From Eledone cirrhosa (Eukaryota): a DNA stretch of 64,000 nt. Shown piece by piece: positions 11,188-24,670 of the stretch. A program made the position numbers and the translations under genes. Positions within the stretch are counted from its first letter, which is position 1. Every line of letters starts with the position of its first letter. Where the stretch lies: the NCBI GenBank assembly GCA_964016885.1, contig OZ024740.1:86242001-86306000 (forward strand), given 5' to 3'. The notes under the pieces are model-generated. The model made no database searches. It worked only from the letters and a program-made list of their open reading frames with translations, and was not told where the DNA came from.

Positions 11188-14100
11188 TGCTTTCTTTATT
11201 AACCACAAGAGTTTACATAAAGTAGACATTAAGGACAGTACAAGACAATACAGGACGGAACAAATGGGCATTTCTGCGTGTAACAAACAAAAACAGAGGA
11301 TGTAACAAAAAATAACAATGAAAATTTCCCAATAGGGGCGAGACCTCCGAGGGACATTTGTGGAGAAAGCCCATTAAAAGACCACAGTGACCCTGACCAC
11401 CAGAGCAAGTGCCCTCTCCCAGTTTTCCACCTTTAATTTACAAACACATACTCAGAGTAGGCCCATTCACTCGGGCCATTCTTGCTTCTCTCAATCATCT
11501 TTCAACAAAATGCTGGGAAGAGAGCACTTCCCTTTCAACCCTGATTTTCCTTTTCAAATGAAATTTGAAAATGTCAATCAGAGCACCACCGAAGAGGTAA
11601 GTGCTCGTCTTCAGCCCTTTCAAACGTGTCCACCATACTATCTCTTTCGCCATGGCCACCAGACAGATAAAAACTGCCTGCCCTTCCCGGCTAAAGGAAG
11701 AGGGCGGGGCAATCCAGACGATGGACTCAGCTGATAGCCGGATCCGTCCTACACGCGACAGCAGGTGTTCGACATAAACCCACAAGTCAGCAATGCGCGG
11801 ACACTGGACGAGTGCGTGCAGGACGGTTTCGTCGCCCTGCGCGCATCTCGGACATACTCGGCTGACGGCACCTCCATGCCTGTAGAGTTTATCCCGAACT
11901 AGCAAAGCTCCTCGGTAGACTGCCAGGCCAGGGATTTCTGGAAGTTGTCCATATGCCCCGACCCGAAAGTTTTTCCGAATAGATTGGCTAGTTGATTTTC
12001 GTCGACGCCTAGAGTTTCCCCAAGTACGTCGTCGCTCTTCCCCTCCACTAATCCTCTATAGAACGCTGATGTGGAGTTTCCACCGATCACATTGCCCGAT
12101 TGGTCGAAGTCTGTGAGCGCCTGAAGACATTCCGGTCTCCAAGCGCTCTCTCTCGGTCTTCACTTGACCCAGGACTGCAGCTCCGTCAAGGAGACGAGCT
12201 GAGGAAAGACGCGTCTAGCAAACGGCGACCACACCTGATCACCGTCGAGGAAGAGGTGGAGATGTCGTAGCCTGAGCGCGTGTCTGCGCATCATCAGCCA
12301 CGGCATGCCCAGCTCTCCACGTAGCGGGTGTTGACAGCAGTTGGACCGCCTGACCATCGGAGCGCGTCCCTTCCACAAAAAGCGAAAGAGCAAACGCTCC
12401 AGCGCAGTCAGGCGGGGCTTAGGACAAGGCACGACGGTCAGGCGGTAGTAGATGACGGACGCGATATCTGCGTTAGCCACCTCCGCTCGACCTCTCGGGG
12501 ATAGCTTCCTCTCCGCCCATTTCTGGGTGAGAGAAGCCACCCTGCTCGTCACCTAGTCCCAGTTTGTGTTCCGAAAGGTGACCGTTCACTCTCACCACAG
12601 AGCAGATGTCGCTGTGCATGGCAGCGATCCAGCCTCTGAAGACGGGCCCAAAGCCTGGCCCCTTCAGGTCTGCCGCTAGGTAACGATGGTCGACTCTATC
12701 GAAAGCTTTCGACTGATCTAAATTGATCAAGGACCCACCCGTGCCAGGTTCCCTAGCTACCCTCTCTACGATGTATCGCATGAGGTGGAGGTTGTCGTGG
12801 ATGGATCTGTCGGGAATGGCGCATGTCTGTGTCTCTCCCACCAGACCACCAACGACAAGCGCCAACCTCTTTGCTAACACCTTGGCCAAAATCTTGAACT
12901 CTGTGTTTAGCAGAGTTATGGGCCTGAAATTATCTATGTTATCCCCCTTGTTTGGATCCTTTCTCAGCAGCGCCACCGCTCCTCGGCTCACAGAGCTGGA
13001 AATTCTCCCGTTCTGTTGCCAGTTGCAGTAGACATCCGCCAAGAGGCCACCGAACAAGTCTGACATCTGTACGTAAAGTTCATAGGGCAGACCATCCAAA
13101 CCAGGCGATTTACCCCTTGTATAGCCAGTCATTGCCTCCCGTACTTCAGCTGCTGTTATCGGCTTTTCGCAACACTCCGCCTCTATGGCCGAGAGCCGTG
13201 GCAGTCCGTCGAGGTAGACACTAAATCCATCCCTCGATTCAGCCCGCCGCTGCCTCCGAACAGCTGAGCGAAGTGTCGGTGAAAAGCTTCACACATTTGC
13301 CAGGTATCGAGTAGCATGCCCCCGTCGTGGTCCACCAAAGACCGGATCGTGGCTTTGTTGCCACGACGCGCCTCCGCCACTCGGGCCCATTGAACGGCTT
13401 TCGTCCCCTCGTGTCTGAGAGCACGCACCCTAGCTCTGACAACGCAGCCTTCGTGCTTTGCATTGAAGAATTGGTCAAGAGCCAATTTCGCCGCAAGTAC
13501 GTCGGTCGCGATGCCTTTGTTAAGCGCCTCGTCTAATTTTCTAACTAGTTCTCCATCTGCTCTATTTTTCTCTATAGCTAAAGCCTTACTAAACCTAATG
13601 GACTCTATTCTAATCGCTCTTTTCAGAGCAAACCACCACTTGCTGTTGACGATGGCCCCCGTCAACGCTCGCTTAACTAGTTCGCTAATCCGGTCTCTGT
13701 AGGCCTTGCTCGCTGGATAGGACGCGTTTAGCTTCCAGTAGCCGGGTCCTCGTCTATGAAGCCTATCTAAGTCAAGCACACAGATCACGAATTTGTGGTC
13801 CGTGTAGCTGACTATCTTGAATTGTGGACAGCCTATGCTAGACCTATCTACTCATTTACAAAATACTCTATCTAGATATGATCTGGATGACCCGATGCTG
13901 TTTTTCCAAGTCCACATTGACACATTCGGGAAATCCAATCGGTACCTGTCAGACAGTTCCAAACGCCTGAGCAGGTTGGTGAGGCTCTTGCAACCTCCTT
14001 CCCTATCCGCTAATCCCACACAGTCCCAGCGTGCATCTAAGATCCCGTTCCAGTCGCCCACTAACACTAAAGAGCGGGACGTTCCTAGAAAGGTCTCCAG

Positions 14101-16208
14101 ACGCCGGAAGAAATCAGACCGCCCTGCTCCTGTTGGGGCATAGACGGCCACTAGCCTGAAAGCTTGCCCGTCTCCGCTGGTCACGTCCAGCACCACTAAC
14201 ATCTCACTTTCTGGGTCCACGATGGCCCGTATGGCGAGATCCAAACCTCTCCGAAAAATCACAGCAACTCCTCCCCCCGATCTAGGACGGCTGGGAGATG
14301 CGTACACATCGTAGCCGCCGAAGATCGGTGCGAAGACCCCGTGCTTCCGAGATTCTGGTCTTGCTGATGGCCACTACATCTATGTTTAGTGACCTGAGGT
14401 CGTTGAGCAAGTGGCCTTGCTTCCATGACGACCCCAAGCCACGCGCAGTTATGCTGCCTATTCTGAGTGAGGTCATGTTGAAATGGAGTGGAAAAGATGG
14501 GAAAGACCACTTACCTTACTTCTCGTAGAGGAAGGATGGTTTCGCCATCCCTTTCCACTTGATCGTATGGTGAAGGGACCGTTGAATCGTCCTTTCGGCT
14601 AGTCGTCGGCTCTTCTGTGAGTATATCCGAATATACCCTCCGGTTGAGTGTCCCTCTTAGGTCTCTGAAATCACCAACCGCGTTGGGGAATTTTATTTTA
14701 ATGTTTGTGTATTGTTTCTGTGCTATTCTTACCAGTCTTATGTTCGTTGGTGTGTTGATTGGTGCTGGTATTATGTAGTCATGCTGTGAAATGTCTGTGT
14801 GTTCAATTATGTAAGTCATTAGTTTCTTGTTGTGTGTATTTATTGCTGTGCATTTCTTTTTCTGGGAGTGGGGTATGCTTCTGCTATTTTCTTGTCGTTG
14901 ATGCTGGGTATATGTGTTTTGTTGTGTTTGCGATGTTGGTGCTTGTGGTAGTGGTGTTGAAGGTGTTATTGTTGTTGGCGGTGGGGTTGCTGACGGTGGT
15001 GATGGTGGTGCTAGTGTGGGTGGTGAGGGTGTTGGTGGTGTTGCTGCTGTAAGACTCTTTGCAGTAACATTTACCCTTTTTTCATTTCTTCCCTCCCTTT
15101 TCGAAGGCGACGATGCGCTGCTTCTGCGTTTGTGCCTTCTTGCGACCTTTTGCCATCCCTCTACCACCTCACACTCCGTGTCCGATTTTCACTTTCACTT
15201 GTTCTCGTTGGTGATGGTTGCAGTGGAGTCTATGTTGCAGCTGCAGTTGGTATTACTGTTGTTGTTGTTAATACTTCCACTGCTGCTGCTGTTCTTGATT
15301 TCCCTGGCGTGGGTATGGGTACCACGGACCTATCATTCCTGCTTGCCGCCTGTCCTGTTGCTGGTAGCAGTGGAGCCGGTTTCGGAAGGAGGGGGTTTTT
15401 CTCCTTTCTCAGGGTCTTCTCATTGCAGAAGGCCCTGAGGTGAGTCTTCGACCCACAGCGAAAGCATTTCGGGCGTTTGCCCTCAACACTTATGGGCAGT
15501 TGAGTGCCGTTATCGAAGTCTATCACATCCGGGATAGCTTCGATGCACTCCTGGTTGGTTTGAATTAACATCTCAATGGAGGTGCCGACACAATCTTCTC
15601 TTACTTTTTTCTGTACTTGCAGTACAGTTGTTTTGTCCTCGATTCCGACGAGGACAGACGCGGCCAGCCAAGAAGGGGCCATCCCGGGGGGGGGGACGAC
15701 GACGACGTGTGTCAGTTTGACCCTCACAATTTTTTGCCCGCAGTAGGAGGGCACTAACACCATTTCCTAGCTCCTTAGGGTCACTAAGGATTGAGCCTTT
15801 GCCTCCTGGGGTGTGGCAAAAAACACGTCCACGGTGGCATATTTCTTGCTTCGGGTGATATGCGTTTTCCGCTGCCACACAGACCCTAAGGCTTTTTGTA
15901 TTTGAGCCTATGTGGCTCTTTCAACCCTACGTGATTTTGTGCTTACTGTACGGTAAGTGACCGTACAGTGCCGTTGGGTTTCGAAAAATTGTTCGGCTGC
16001 CTTGCAGATTGCTCGGTGTCCGGTTTTCGTCACCATCTTCTTTGCTTCCTGTAATTCCTCATTTGTTATAAGGATGGTTTCCAGGTTCTTTGCGATACCT
16101 GCAAACGAGATTGGTTTTCTTTCTTGTTGTTGTTGTTGTCGTCAGAGCTGCTGTTACTTTTGTTGTTGCTCCTGGTACTACGACCACCGCCGCCGCTGTT
16201 GCTGTGGT

Positions 16209-16240
<32 letters not shown>

Positions 16241-16869
16241 TTGTTGCTGTTGCTGCTGCTGCTGCTGTTGTTGTTTATGCTGCTGCTGTGGTTGTTGCGG
16301 CTGCTACTAGTGTTTTCCTTGTCACTGTTGCTGCTGCTGTTGTTATTACGGCTGCTGCTGCTATTCTTCATGACGTCTGACGAATGAAATGGCTTTCCGT
16401 ATTTACCGCACACATCTATCGTCGTTGTGGTGGTCGTGGAGAAATGTTCCACGGAATGCACGTTCTCTTGGTGAAAGCTACCAGAAATTATATTTTTCTT
16501 TTTCTTTAATGGCGTCGCTTGCGAAGGAGGCGCCACCACATTTAGAGAATGGAGGGAGAGAGACAATCTTCTCTCTGAATGTAGTGACGATTGAGGAAGA
16601 AGAAGACGGAATGAGTGGGAGTGACTTGTGAAAATTCTTTTTTGTAGCCATGTTTTTTTTTACGGTTTAAAATGAATATTGGGCACAAAACCTCAATAAG
16701 TGGTTATTTAACCCCAAAGGGCCAAATAACGGGCAGAAAGATCCCTCTCACGAGGAGGAGGGTGTTTTTATCTACAATTTACTTCAAGTTTTAAACAATT
16801 TACAATTGTTATAGCGGTTAAAAATTACTATACCTTACAGAGCCGAGCCTCCGCCAACCATGGCATTCA
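11188..16869 (-). mobile_element. Tx1-type LINE, copy 2, full length with internal RT deletion
   Basis: ORF2 14476-11438 is nearly identical to copy 1 but lacks the QGCPLS-YADD block (deletion near 12567). ORF1 16651-14511 (CFRCGSKTHLRAFC) and the 5' UTR are diverged from copy 1. Confidence 0.92.
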
Positions 16870-16912
16870 ATAATAATAATAATAATAATAATGATAATAA
16901 TAATAATAATAA

Positions 16913-19900
16913 TGATTTCATTTATTAGCCACAAGGGCCGACATGTAGGGACAATACAAAGACAGGGACAGTGGGGGTTTACAATAAGGTCGAGCAGAAG
17001 TGCACAATGGCAAGACTAATTTAACAATGAAAATATAAAACTATAAAATAAACTATGCATAAATATAACAAAATAAATTCCCCGATAGGGGTGGACGACC
17101 CTGGGGTGACTCGGGTACCCCACCAATCCTGAACCACCCTGTGCTTCTAGGGCACCCAGGGAGAGCACCCCTCTCCTCAAGTTAGCTAGCCTATAGGCGC
17201 ATGGTCAGAGTAGGCCCATTCACACGAGCCATTCTCGCCACATTCACCCACCTTTTAGCAAATGTACTGGGGGGCAGCACTTCTCTCTCCACCCTCACCT
17301 TCCTTTCCAGGTGAAACTTGAAGAAGTTGATGAGGGATTGGCCGAAAAGAAAAGTGTCTGTCTTCAGTCCTTTTAACCTGGTCCACCATGCAACCTCTTT
17401 TGCAACTGCCACCAGACAGAGGAAAATTTCCTGCTCTTCCTGACGTAAGGAAGGCGGTGGATCGATCTTCACTATGGACTCGGCCGATAGCCGGATTCGT
17501 TCCACACGCGAGAGTAGCTGTTCGACATAACGCCACAAGTCAGTAATGCACGGACATTGGACAAGTGCGTGCAGAACGGTTTAGTCGTTCTGTACGCATC
17601 TTGGGCAGGTCCGTCTGACAGCACTTCCGTGCCTGTAGAGTTTATCCCGAACCGGCAGTGCCCCCCGGTAGCACTGCCAAGCGATGGATTTCTGGAAATT
17701 GTCCATCGTCCTCGGCTCAAAAGTCCTCCGGTACAGACTGGTCAGTTCGACTTCGTCGAGGCCCAAAGCTTCTCCGAGTGCGTCATCGCACTTTCCCACC
17801 ACTAATCCTCTATAGAACTCGAGAGTGGAAGTTCCACTGATCGCATTGCCCGCTTGGTAGAGGGCAGTGAGTGCCTGGCAACATTCCAGGTGCCAGTCAC
17901 CCAGTCTCGGTCTCTTCTTGACCCAGGACTGCAGCTCAGTCAAAGAAATGAGCTGCGGAAAGGCCCGTCTGATAAATGGCGACCACACCTGTTCACCGTT
18001 GAGGCAGAATATCTGGAGATTTCGCAGCCTCAACGCATGTCTGCGCATCATTAGCCACGACATGCCCAGCCCTCCGCGTAGAGGGTGCTGGCAGCAGATG
18101 GACCGCCTCACCAACGGAACTTGTCCCCTCCACAAGAATTTGAAGAGGACCGTTCCAACTTGACGAGGCGCGGACGGGGGCAAGGCACGACGGTCAGGCG
18201 GTAGTAGATGACGGACGCGATGTACGTATTCGCCACCTCCGCGCAACCTTTCAGTGATAGCATCCTCCCAGCCCATTTTTGGGTGAGACTGGCTACTCTG
18301 CTCGTTACCTCGTCCCAATTCTTTTCCACCTGGAGGTCTGGTCCGAACCAAACCCCGAGCAACTTTACCGGTCCGTCCGTCAAGCGCCCCACGACGCTGT
18401 TGGACGGCATGGGCTTGCCTCTCCAGGTTCCGAGCTGCAAGCCCACCGACTTTTCCGGGTTAAGTTTTGCTCCTGTCCACCTTTCATATTCCTTCAATAA
18501 GGTGCCGACCACCTCAATTTCTGAGGTGTTCGACACCATCACGGTGATGTCGTCCGCATAAGCCGACACCGCCTTTCCACGTCCCGGTTCGAGCGGGATA
18601 CCCTGCAACAGCTCCAGCTTCCGCAGTAATGGCTCGAGAGTCAATACGTACAGAAGGGAAGAGAGAGGGCACCCTTGACGGACCGATCGGGAGAGCCGAA
18701 ATGGTTCCGAGAGGTGGCCATTAACCTTGACCACCGAGCGTGTGCCGCTGTGCATTGCAGCGATCCAGCTTCTAAAGTCAGGGCCGAAGCCAGCTGCTTT
18801 GAGGACAAACTCCAGATACCGATGGTCGACCCTATCGAATGCTTTCGATTGATCTAAATTGATCAGTGCCCCACCGAAGCCAGGTTTGCACCCTACCCTC
18901 TCTATGATGTATCGCATGAGGTGGAGATTGTCGTGTATGGACCTGGCTGGGATTGCGCAAGTTTGCGCCTCCCCAACCAAATCATCGACGACAAGCGCCA
19001 ATCTCTTTGTTAACACCTTGGCCAAAATCTTAAACTCAGTGTTGAGCAGAGTTATGGGCCTGAAGTTGTCTAATGTATCCCTCTTGTTCTCGTCTTTCCT
19101 TATCAGCGTCATCACTCCCCTGCTCACAGAACTGGGAATACTCCCATTCTGCTGCCAGTTGCAGTAGAGTGCTTCGAGGAGTTCGGAGAACAAGTCTGGC
19201 ATATTTACGTAAAGCTCGTAGGGCAGGCCATCCAAAGCGGGTGACTTGCGCCTCATGCAGCCGACAAGGGCGTCCTGAATTTCGGCTGAAGTAATAGGCC
19301 TTTCGCAGCGCTCAGCGTCGACCGTCAAGATGAGCGGCAAGCCATCAAGGTATGGACTGAAATCAGCTACTCTCTCTGACTCGCCACTCTCCCCGAACAA
19401 CCGAGCAAAGTGCTGGCGAAAGGCCTCACACATCCGCTTGGAATCGCTTATCTCGTGTCCGTCTCGGTCCGCCAAAGACCGAATTGTGGTTTTATTACCA
19501 CGCTGCACTTCTGCCACGCGGGCCCATCGAACAGCTTTGGTTCCCTCGTTTCTCAGAGCACGCGCCTTAGCTCTGACAATGCAACCTTCGTGTTTGGCAT
19601 TGAAGAAATGGTATAATGCCATTCTCGCCACTAGCACGTCAGTTGCAATGCCACTACAAATAGCCTCGTCTAACTTATCTACCAGCTCCCCTTCCTTTCT
19701 ATTTTTCTCTAACGCTAGTTCTTTGCTGAACTCTATCGAAGTTACTCTAATCTCTCTTTTGAGAGCCCCCCACCATCTGTTGTTGATGATCCCCCCTGTC
19801 AACTTTGTTTAGCTAAATTGTTGACTCGGTCCCTGTAAGCCTTACGTGCCGGAAATGACATGTTCAGCTTCCAGTACCCCGGTCCTAACCTACGCGTTTT

Positions 19901-20272
19901 ATCTAGGTCGACCGTACAGATCACAAATTTGGGATCTGAATATGGGACCATTTTAAAAAGTGGGCAGCCCACACTAATTCTATCTATTTTCCTAATGAAG
20001 ATCCTGTCCGTATACGATCTAGATGACCCCATTCGGTTGGTCCATGTCTACATTGGCACATTGGGGAAATCTAGTCGATACCTGTCAGACAGTTGGAACT
20101 GGCTGAGTAGGTGCTTGAGGCTTTTGCACCCCCCGCTCCTATCGGCTACTCCCACACAATCCCTGCGTGCGTCTAAAATGCCGCTCCAGTCCCCCGCTAA
20201 AAGTAAAGGGCGAGACGTACCCAGAAAGGTCTCCAGGCGCCTAAAGAAGTCCGGTCGTCCGGCCCCTGTTGG
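16913..20272 (-). mobile_element. Tx1-type LINE, copy 3 (different subfamily), 5'-truncated within APE
   Basis: ORF2 pieces 20290-17191 with VRQGCPLS, YADD and CPRC..H..C. Distinct 3' UTR ending CCCTTGTGGCTAATAAATGAAATC(ATT)n. Confidence 0.92.
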
Positions 20273-23027
20273 TTTCTTTATTGGCCACAAGGGCTAACAC
20301 GAAGAAAAACATTAGAGACGGCACAGAACAGTACAGGACGATACAAAGTGGGTTTTGGTCGTGTAAACAGGTTATAACGAAATCGGGCTAAAAATAAAAA
20401 AAATTCAAACAACAAAAATTCCCCCAAATGGGGGAAACCTCTGAGGGTCACTCGTGGCGAAAACCACACAAAAAGGCCACGGCCAGACTGACCACGAGGG
20501 CAAGCACTCTCTCTCAGTTTTCCCACTCCTCAGTCTACAGCTGCATACTCAGAGCGGGCCCCTTCACACGGTCCATACTCGCCACTTTCAGCCACCTTTC
20601 AACAAACTTACTAGAAGACATCACTTGCCTCTCCACCCTGATTTTCCTCTTCAAGTGAAACTTGAAAAGGTAAATCAGGGATTGGCCGAAAAGGAAAGTG
20701 TCCGTCTTCAACTCTTTCAACCTTGTCCATCACACAATCTCTTTCGCCATGGCCACCAGGCAGATGAAAACTGCCTGCTCTTCTTCCTCTTTAAAGGAGG
20801 ATGACGCGGCTATCTACACAATGGACTGAGTCGATAACCAGATCCATCCTACACGCGACAGAAGCTGTTCTACATAGCTTCACAAGTCAGCAATCATCGA
20901 GCACTGAACGAGTGTGTGCAGCACGGTTTCGTCGTCCTGCGCGCATCTCGGACAGCCTCGGCTGACAGCACCTCGGTGCCTGTAGAGCTTATCCCGAGCC
21001 GGCAACGCTCCGCGGTAGCACTGCCAGGCCAGGGATTTTTGGAAGTTGTCCATAGGCCTCGGTATGAAAGTTCTCTAGAAGAGAGCGAACAGATGATCGT
21101 CTTCGACTTCCAGGGTCTCCCCGAGAACGTCGTCGCTCTTTCCCTCCACTAGCCCTCTATAGAACGCCGAGGTAGATGTTCCACCGATACTAGTGCCCAG
21201 CTGGTAGAGGGCGGTGAGCGCTTGGAGACATTCCAGCTTCCAAGTGATATCCCTCGGTCTTTTCCTGATCCAGGACTGCAGCTCCGTCAATGAGACGAAC
21301 TGGGGAAAAGTGTGTCTGGCAAACGGTGACCACACCAGTTCACCGTCAAGAAAGCACCAGAGATGTCGCAGCCTCAGCGCATGTTTGCGCATCATCAGCC
21401 ACGGTATGCCTAGTCCTCCACGCAACCGGTTTTGACAACAAATGGATCGTCTGACCATGGGAGCACGTCCCTTCCACAAAAAGCGGAAGAGAAGGCGCTC
21501 CATTTTGGTCAGATTTGGGCGGGGGCAAGGTACGACAGTCAGGCGGTAGCAGATGACGGACGCTATGTACGCATTCGCCATCACCTCCCGACCTTTCAGA
21601 GACAACCTCCCCTCGGCCCATTTCTGGGTGAGAGAGGCCACCCTGCTCGTCACCTCGCTCCAGTTTTTCTCCATCTGGAGGTCCGGACCCCCGCACCAGA
21701 CCCCGAGCAATTTAACCGGTCCTTCCGTACAGCGTCCCACGACGCTGTCGGACGGCATGGACTTGCCTCTCCAGGTGCCGAGTTGCAAGCCCACCGACTT
21801 TTCCTGGTTAATCTTTGCTCCTCTCGCCGCTTCGTATTCCTTGAGAGCGGTGCCGAGCATCTGGACATGTTTGGTGCTCGACACCACCACGGTAACGTCA
21901 CGTGGGGTCCCTCGCATCGTCTCCATTTGTAAAGTAGCGGGGTCATCTTGGAAGGAAAGTCACCTGCTCAACGACCTCATCGTTTCCATTTGTAAAGTAA
22001 CGGCTCGAGGCCCAGTACGTACAAGAGGGACGAGAGGAAGAAACCCTGGCGGACCGAGCGTATGATGCTGAAAGGCTGCAACAGGTGACCATTCACCCTC
22101 ACAATCGAGCAGATGTCGCTGTGCATCGTAGCGATCCAGCCCCTAAAAACGGGGCCGAAGCTGGCCGCCTTAAGACCGCAGCCAGGTACCGATGGTCGAC
22201 CCTATCAAATGCTTTATATTGATCCAAGTTGATCAAGGCCCCACACGTGCCAGGTTCCTTAACCACCCTCTCTATGATGTATCGCATGAGATGGAGGTTG
22301 TCGTGGATGGATCTGTCCGGAATGGCGCATATCTGCGCCTCTCCCACCAGATCACCGACGACAAGCGCCAATCTCTTTGCTAACACCTTGGCCAAAATCT
22401 TAAACTCTGCGCAAAACACATTTTGTTTTGCGCTGGTGTTGATGTTGTTATTCTCATTGTTGTTGTTGTTGCTGTTGTTGTTATTGTTATTTTTAGTTAC
22501 AGTTGTGATGGTGGTGGTGGTGGCGTCAGTGGTCTTTGGCGTGGAAGAGTCGATTCTGGGTGAATCCATTTCGATGTCATAATAATTTTTTTTTTGTTTC
22601 TGTTGTCGCTGTGGTGAGGTGGGTGGCGGCTTAAACACCTGCAGTTATTGGTAATGAAAGGAAATGAATGTCTGCATGTGACAAATTTAAATTATTGCCG
22701 CTCCTTATTTTTTTAGTGTTGGCAACCGTAGTAATGTTTACAATGGTGGTGTTGGTGTGAGGTGTTAATTTGTTTGGAAGGCTGTCAGCTTTGTGTGGCT
22801 GAGAGCCGTCCATGTTTTTTTTCAAAGAAAGTTTTTCTTTGATAATTATAAAAGTTTAAATTTTAGGCTCAAGCCCCCAAATTTTTTAGTGTCCTTTTCA
22901 GAAAGCAATATATGTGAACTATAAACACTTAACAACAAAAATTTTCCATAACTGGCAATTTGAAACAATTGAAAACAACAAACCTTTGTGGAGCTCACGA
23001 TAATACGATTTCCTACGTAGATCGCCA
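20273..23027 (-). mobile_element. Tx1-type LINE, copy 4, internally deleted (copy-1-type 5' end joined directly to RT)
   Basis: 22411-23027 is homologous to about 10300-10947. Junction near 22410 into EFKILAKVLAKRL; YAD removed near 21900; ORF2 stop at 20535. Confidence 0.88.
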
Positions 23028-23721
23028 ATAATAATAATAATAATATTAATAATAATAATAATAATATGAAGAAGATGAAGAAGAAGAAGAAGAAAAAGAA
23101 GAAGAAGAACGACGACAACAACAACAACAACAACAACAGCTGAAGCAGCAACAGAAGCATGAATCTACCCCAGTACTTTGAAAATACATTATCGACCCGA
23201 GGGGATGAAAATCATAGTTAAACCTTCATGCAGGATTCTAATTCAGAGCGCAGAGAGTCAAAACGAATAGAGCAAGTAAAGTAAGTCAACGCTTTAACAA
23301 TTCTGCGAATTCACGACCTTAACAGAATATATCTACTTATTTAAATGTGTCAAAACCTTTGACTTACATATGTCAACTTTCTTTGCAGCATATAGAGGTT
23401 GGTTTCAAAGGAGGATCAGGTGTGGTTTTCCTTTGATGATAGACAGTACATGTTCTTAAAATAGGCTACAATTTAATCAATTGAAACGAATCCAATATCT
23501 TATTCGTATTTAGTTTAAACACCCTTGGTGGTAAGAGTGAAAATGAAAATGGCTGTCTTCCAATTTGAACTTAGATTCGTGACACCATTAACCGGATACT
23601 GAAAATCGTCTCATGTCATTTTCTATCAGTTGCCTCACTTCCAGTAAATGAAAGGTGTAAATATGCGAAATAACTTTAGTTTCATCATTATTGTATATGT
23701 GTAATAGATAACGGTTTCTCA

Positions 23722-23915
23722 TTTAGGCACAAGGCCAACCATTTTGAAGTAGGGGAAAGTCAATTAAATCAACAACAGTGCATTTCTGGTACTTTACTTA
23801 TCGACCTCGTCAGGAAGACATGCAAAACTAACCACCACGGGATGTGAATTCAGACATAAAGAGCCATAACTCTGTCACAAAGGACGCTGTTAGGGGCACT
23901 ACTGATACAGCTAAT
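23722..23915 (-). mobile_element. Degenerate tRNA-SINE copy
   Basis: TTAGGCACAAGGCC..CTGGTACTTTACTTATCGACC matches the family. A more decayed copy is near 23160-23320. Confidence 0.7.
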
Positions 23916-24223
23916 TTCCTACCCTATATGTGTTATAAATAATAACAACGAAAGGTTTCTATATTTTACTACATCTTTTTAATGACATCATCTCATGACC
24001 TCTAGCTTTGCGAGATCCATGAATAATACTCCCTAGTGTATAATCAATATATTTTGAACTGTATCTATTTTTGGTTTTCACATCTTGGATCGCCTAATTG
24101 TGACATGAATTTCAGTTGTTCAATTGCTTTTAGAAATAAAATGATCGCAAAGAGTTTTAGCATGAATATTGAACTCTCACCTACTTACAAACGCGGTTAG
24201 TTTTTCATTATTTAAACTTTAAA

Positions 24224-24670
24224 GGGCGGTGGATTGGCAATATCGGTAGAGGGTCAGACACCATGCTTTACAGCATAGAGTTACACCCCTTTACGGTCTG
24301 AGTTCAAATTCCGCCGAGGTTAACTTTGCCTTTCATCCTTACGGGGTCGATAAAATAAAGTACCAGTCACGCACTGGTTCGATTTAATCGACTTTCCCCT
24401 CCTCCAAAATTGCTGGCCTTGTGCTATATAAGAAACCATTATTTAAACTTTAAGGGTGGTTGGTTGGTAGTGTCGGCAGAGTGGCAACATGATTTGCAGC
24501 ATAAAGTTACGGTCATTTACGTTCTGAGTTCAAATCCCACCGAGGTTACCTTTACCTTTCTTCCATACGGGCATGATTAAAATAAAGTACCAGTAACGCA
24601 CTGGTGTCGATTTAATCGACTTTCCCATCACCCTAAATTGTTGGCCTTGTGCTTAAATCAGAAACCATTA
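24224..24670 (+). mobile_element. Two tandem tRNA-SINEs (24224-24438, 24454-24668)
   Basis: A box TGGCAATATCGGTAGA, B box GAGTTCAAAT. ATTATTTAAACTTTAA is repeated before and after the first copy. Confidence 0.9.

Noticed and set aside
5315-22582. Plus-strand ORFs recurring across Tx1 copies (e.g. MIKDPPVPG.., MTDAMYAF..)
   Set aside because: Antisense shadows of GC-rich ORF2; they recur because the element is repeated.
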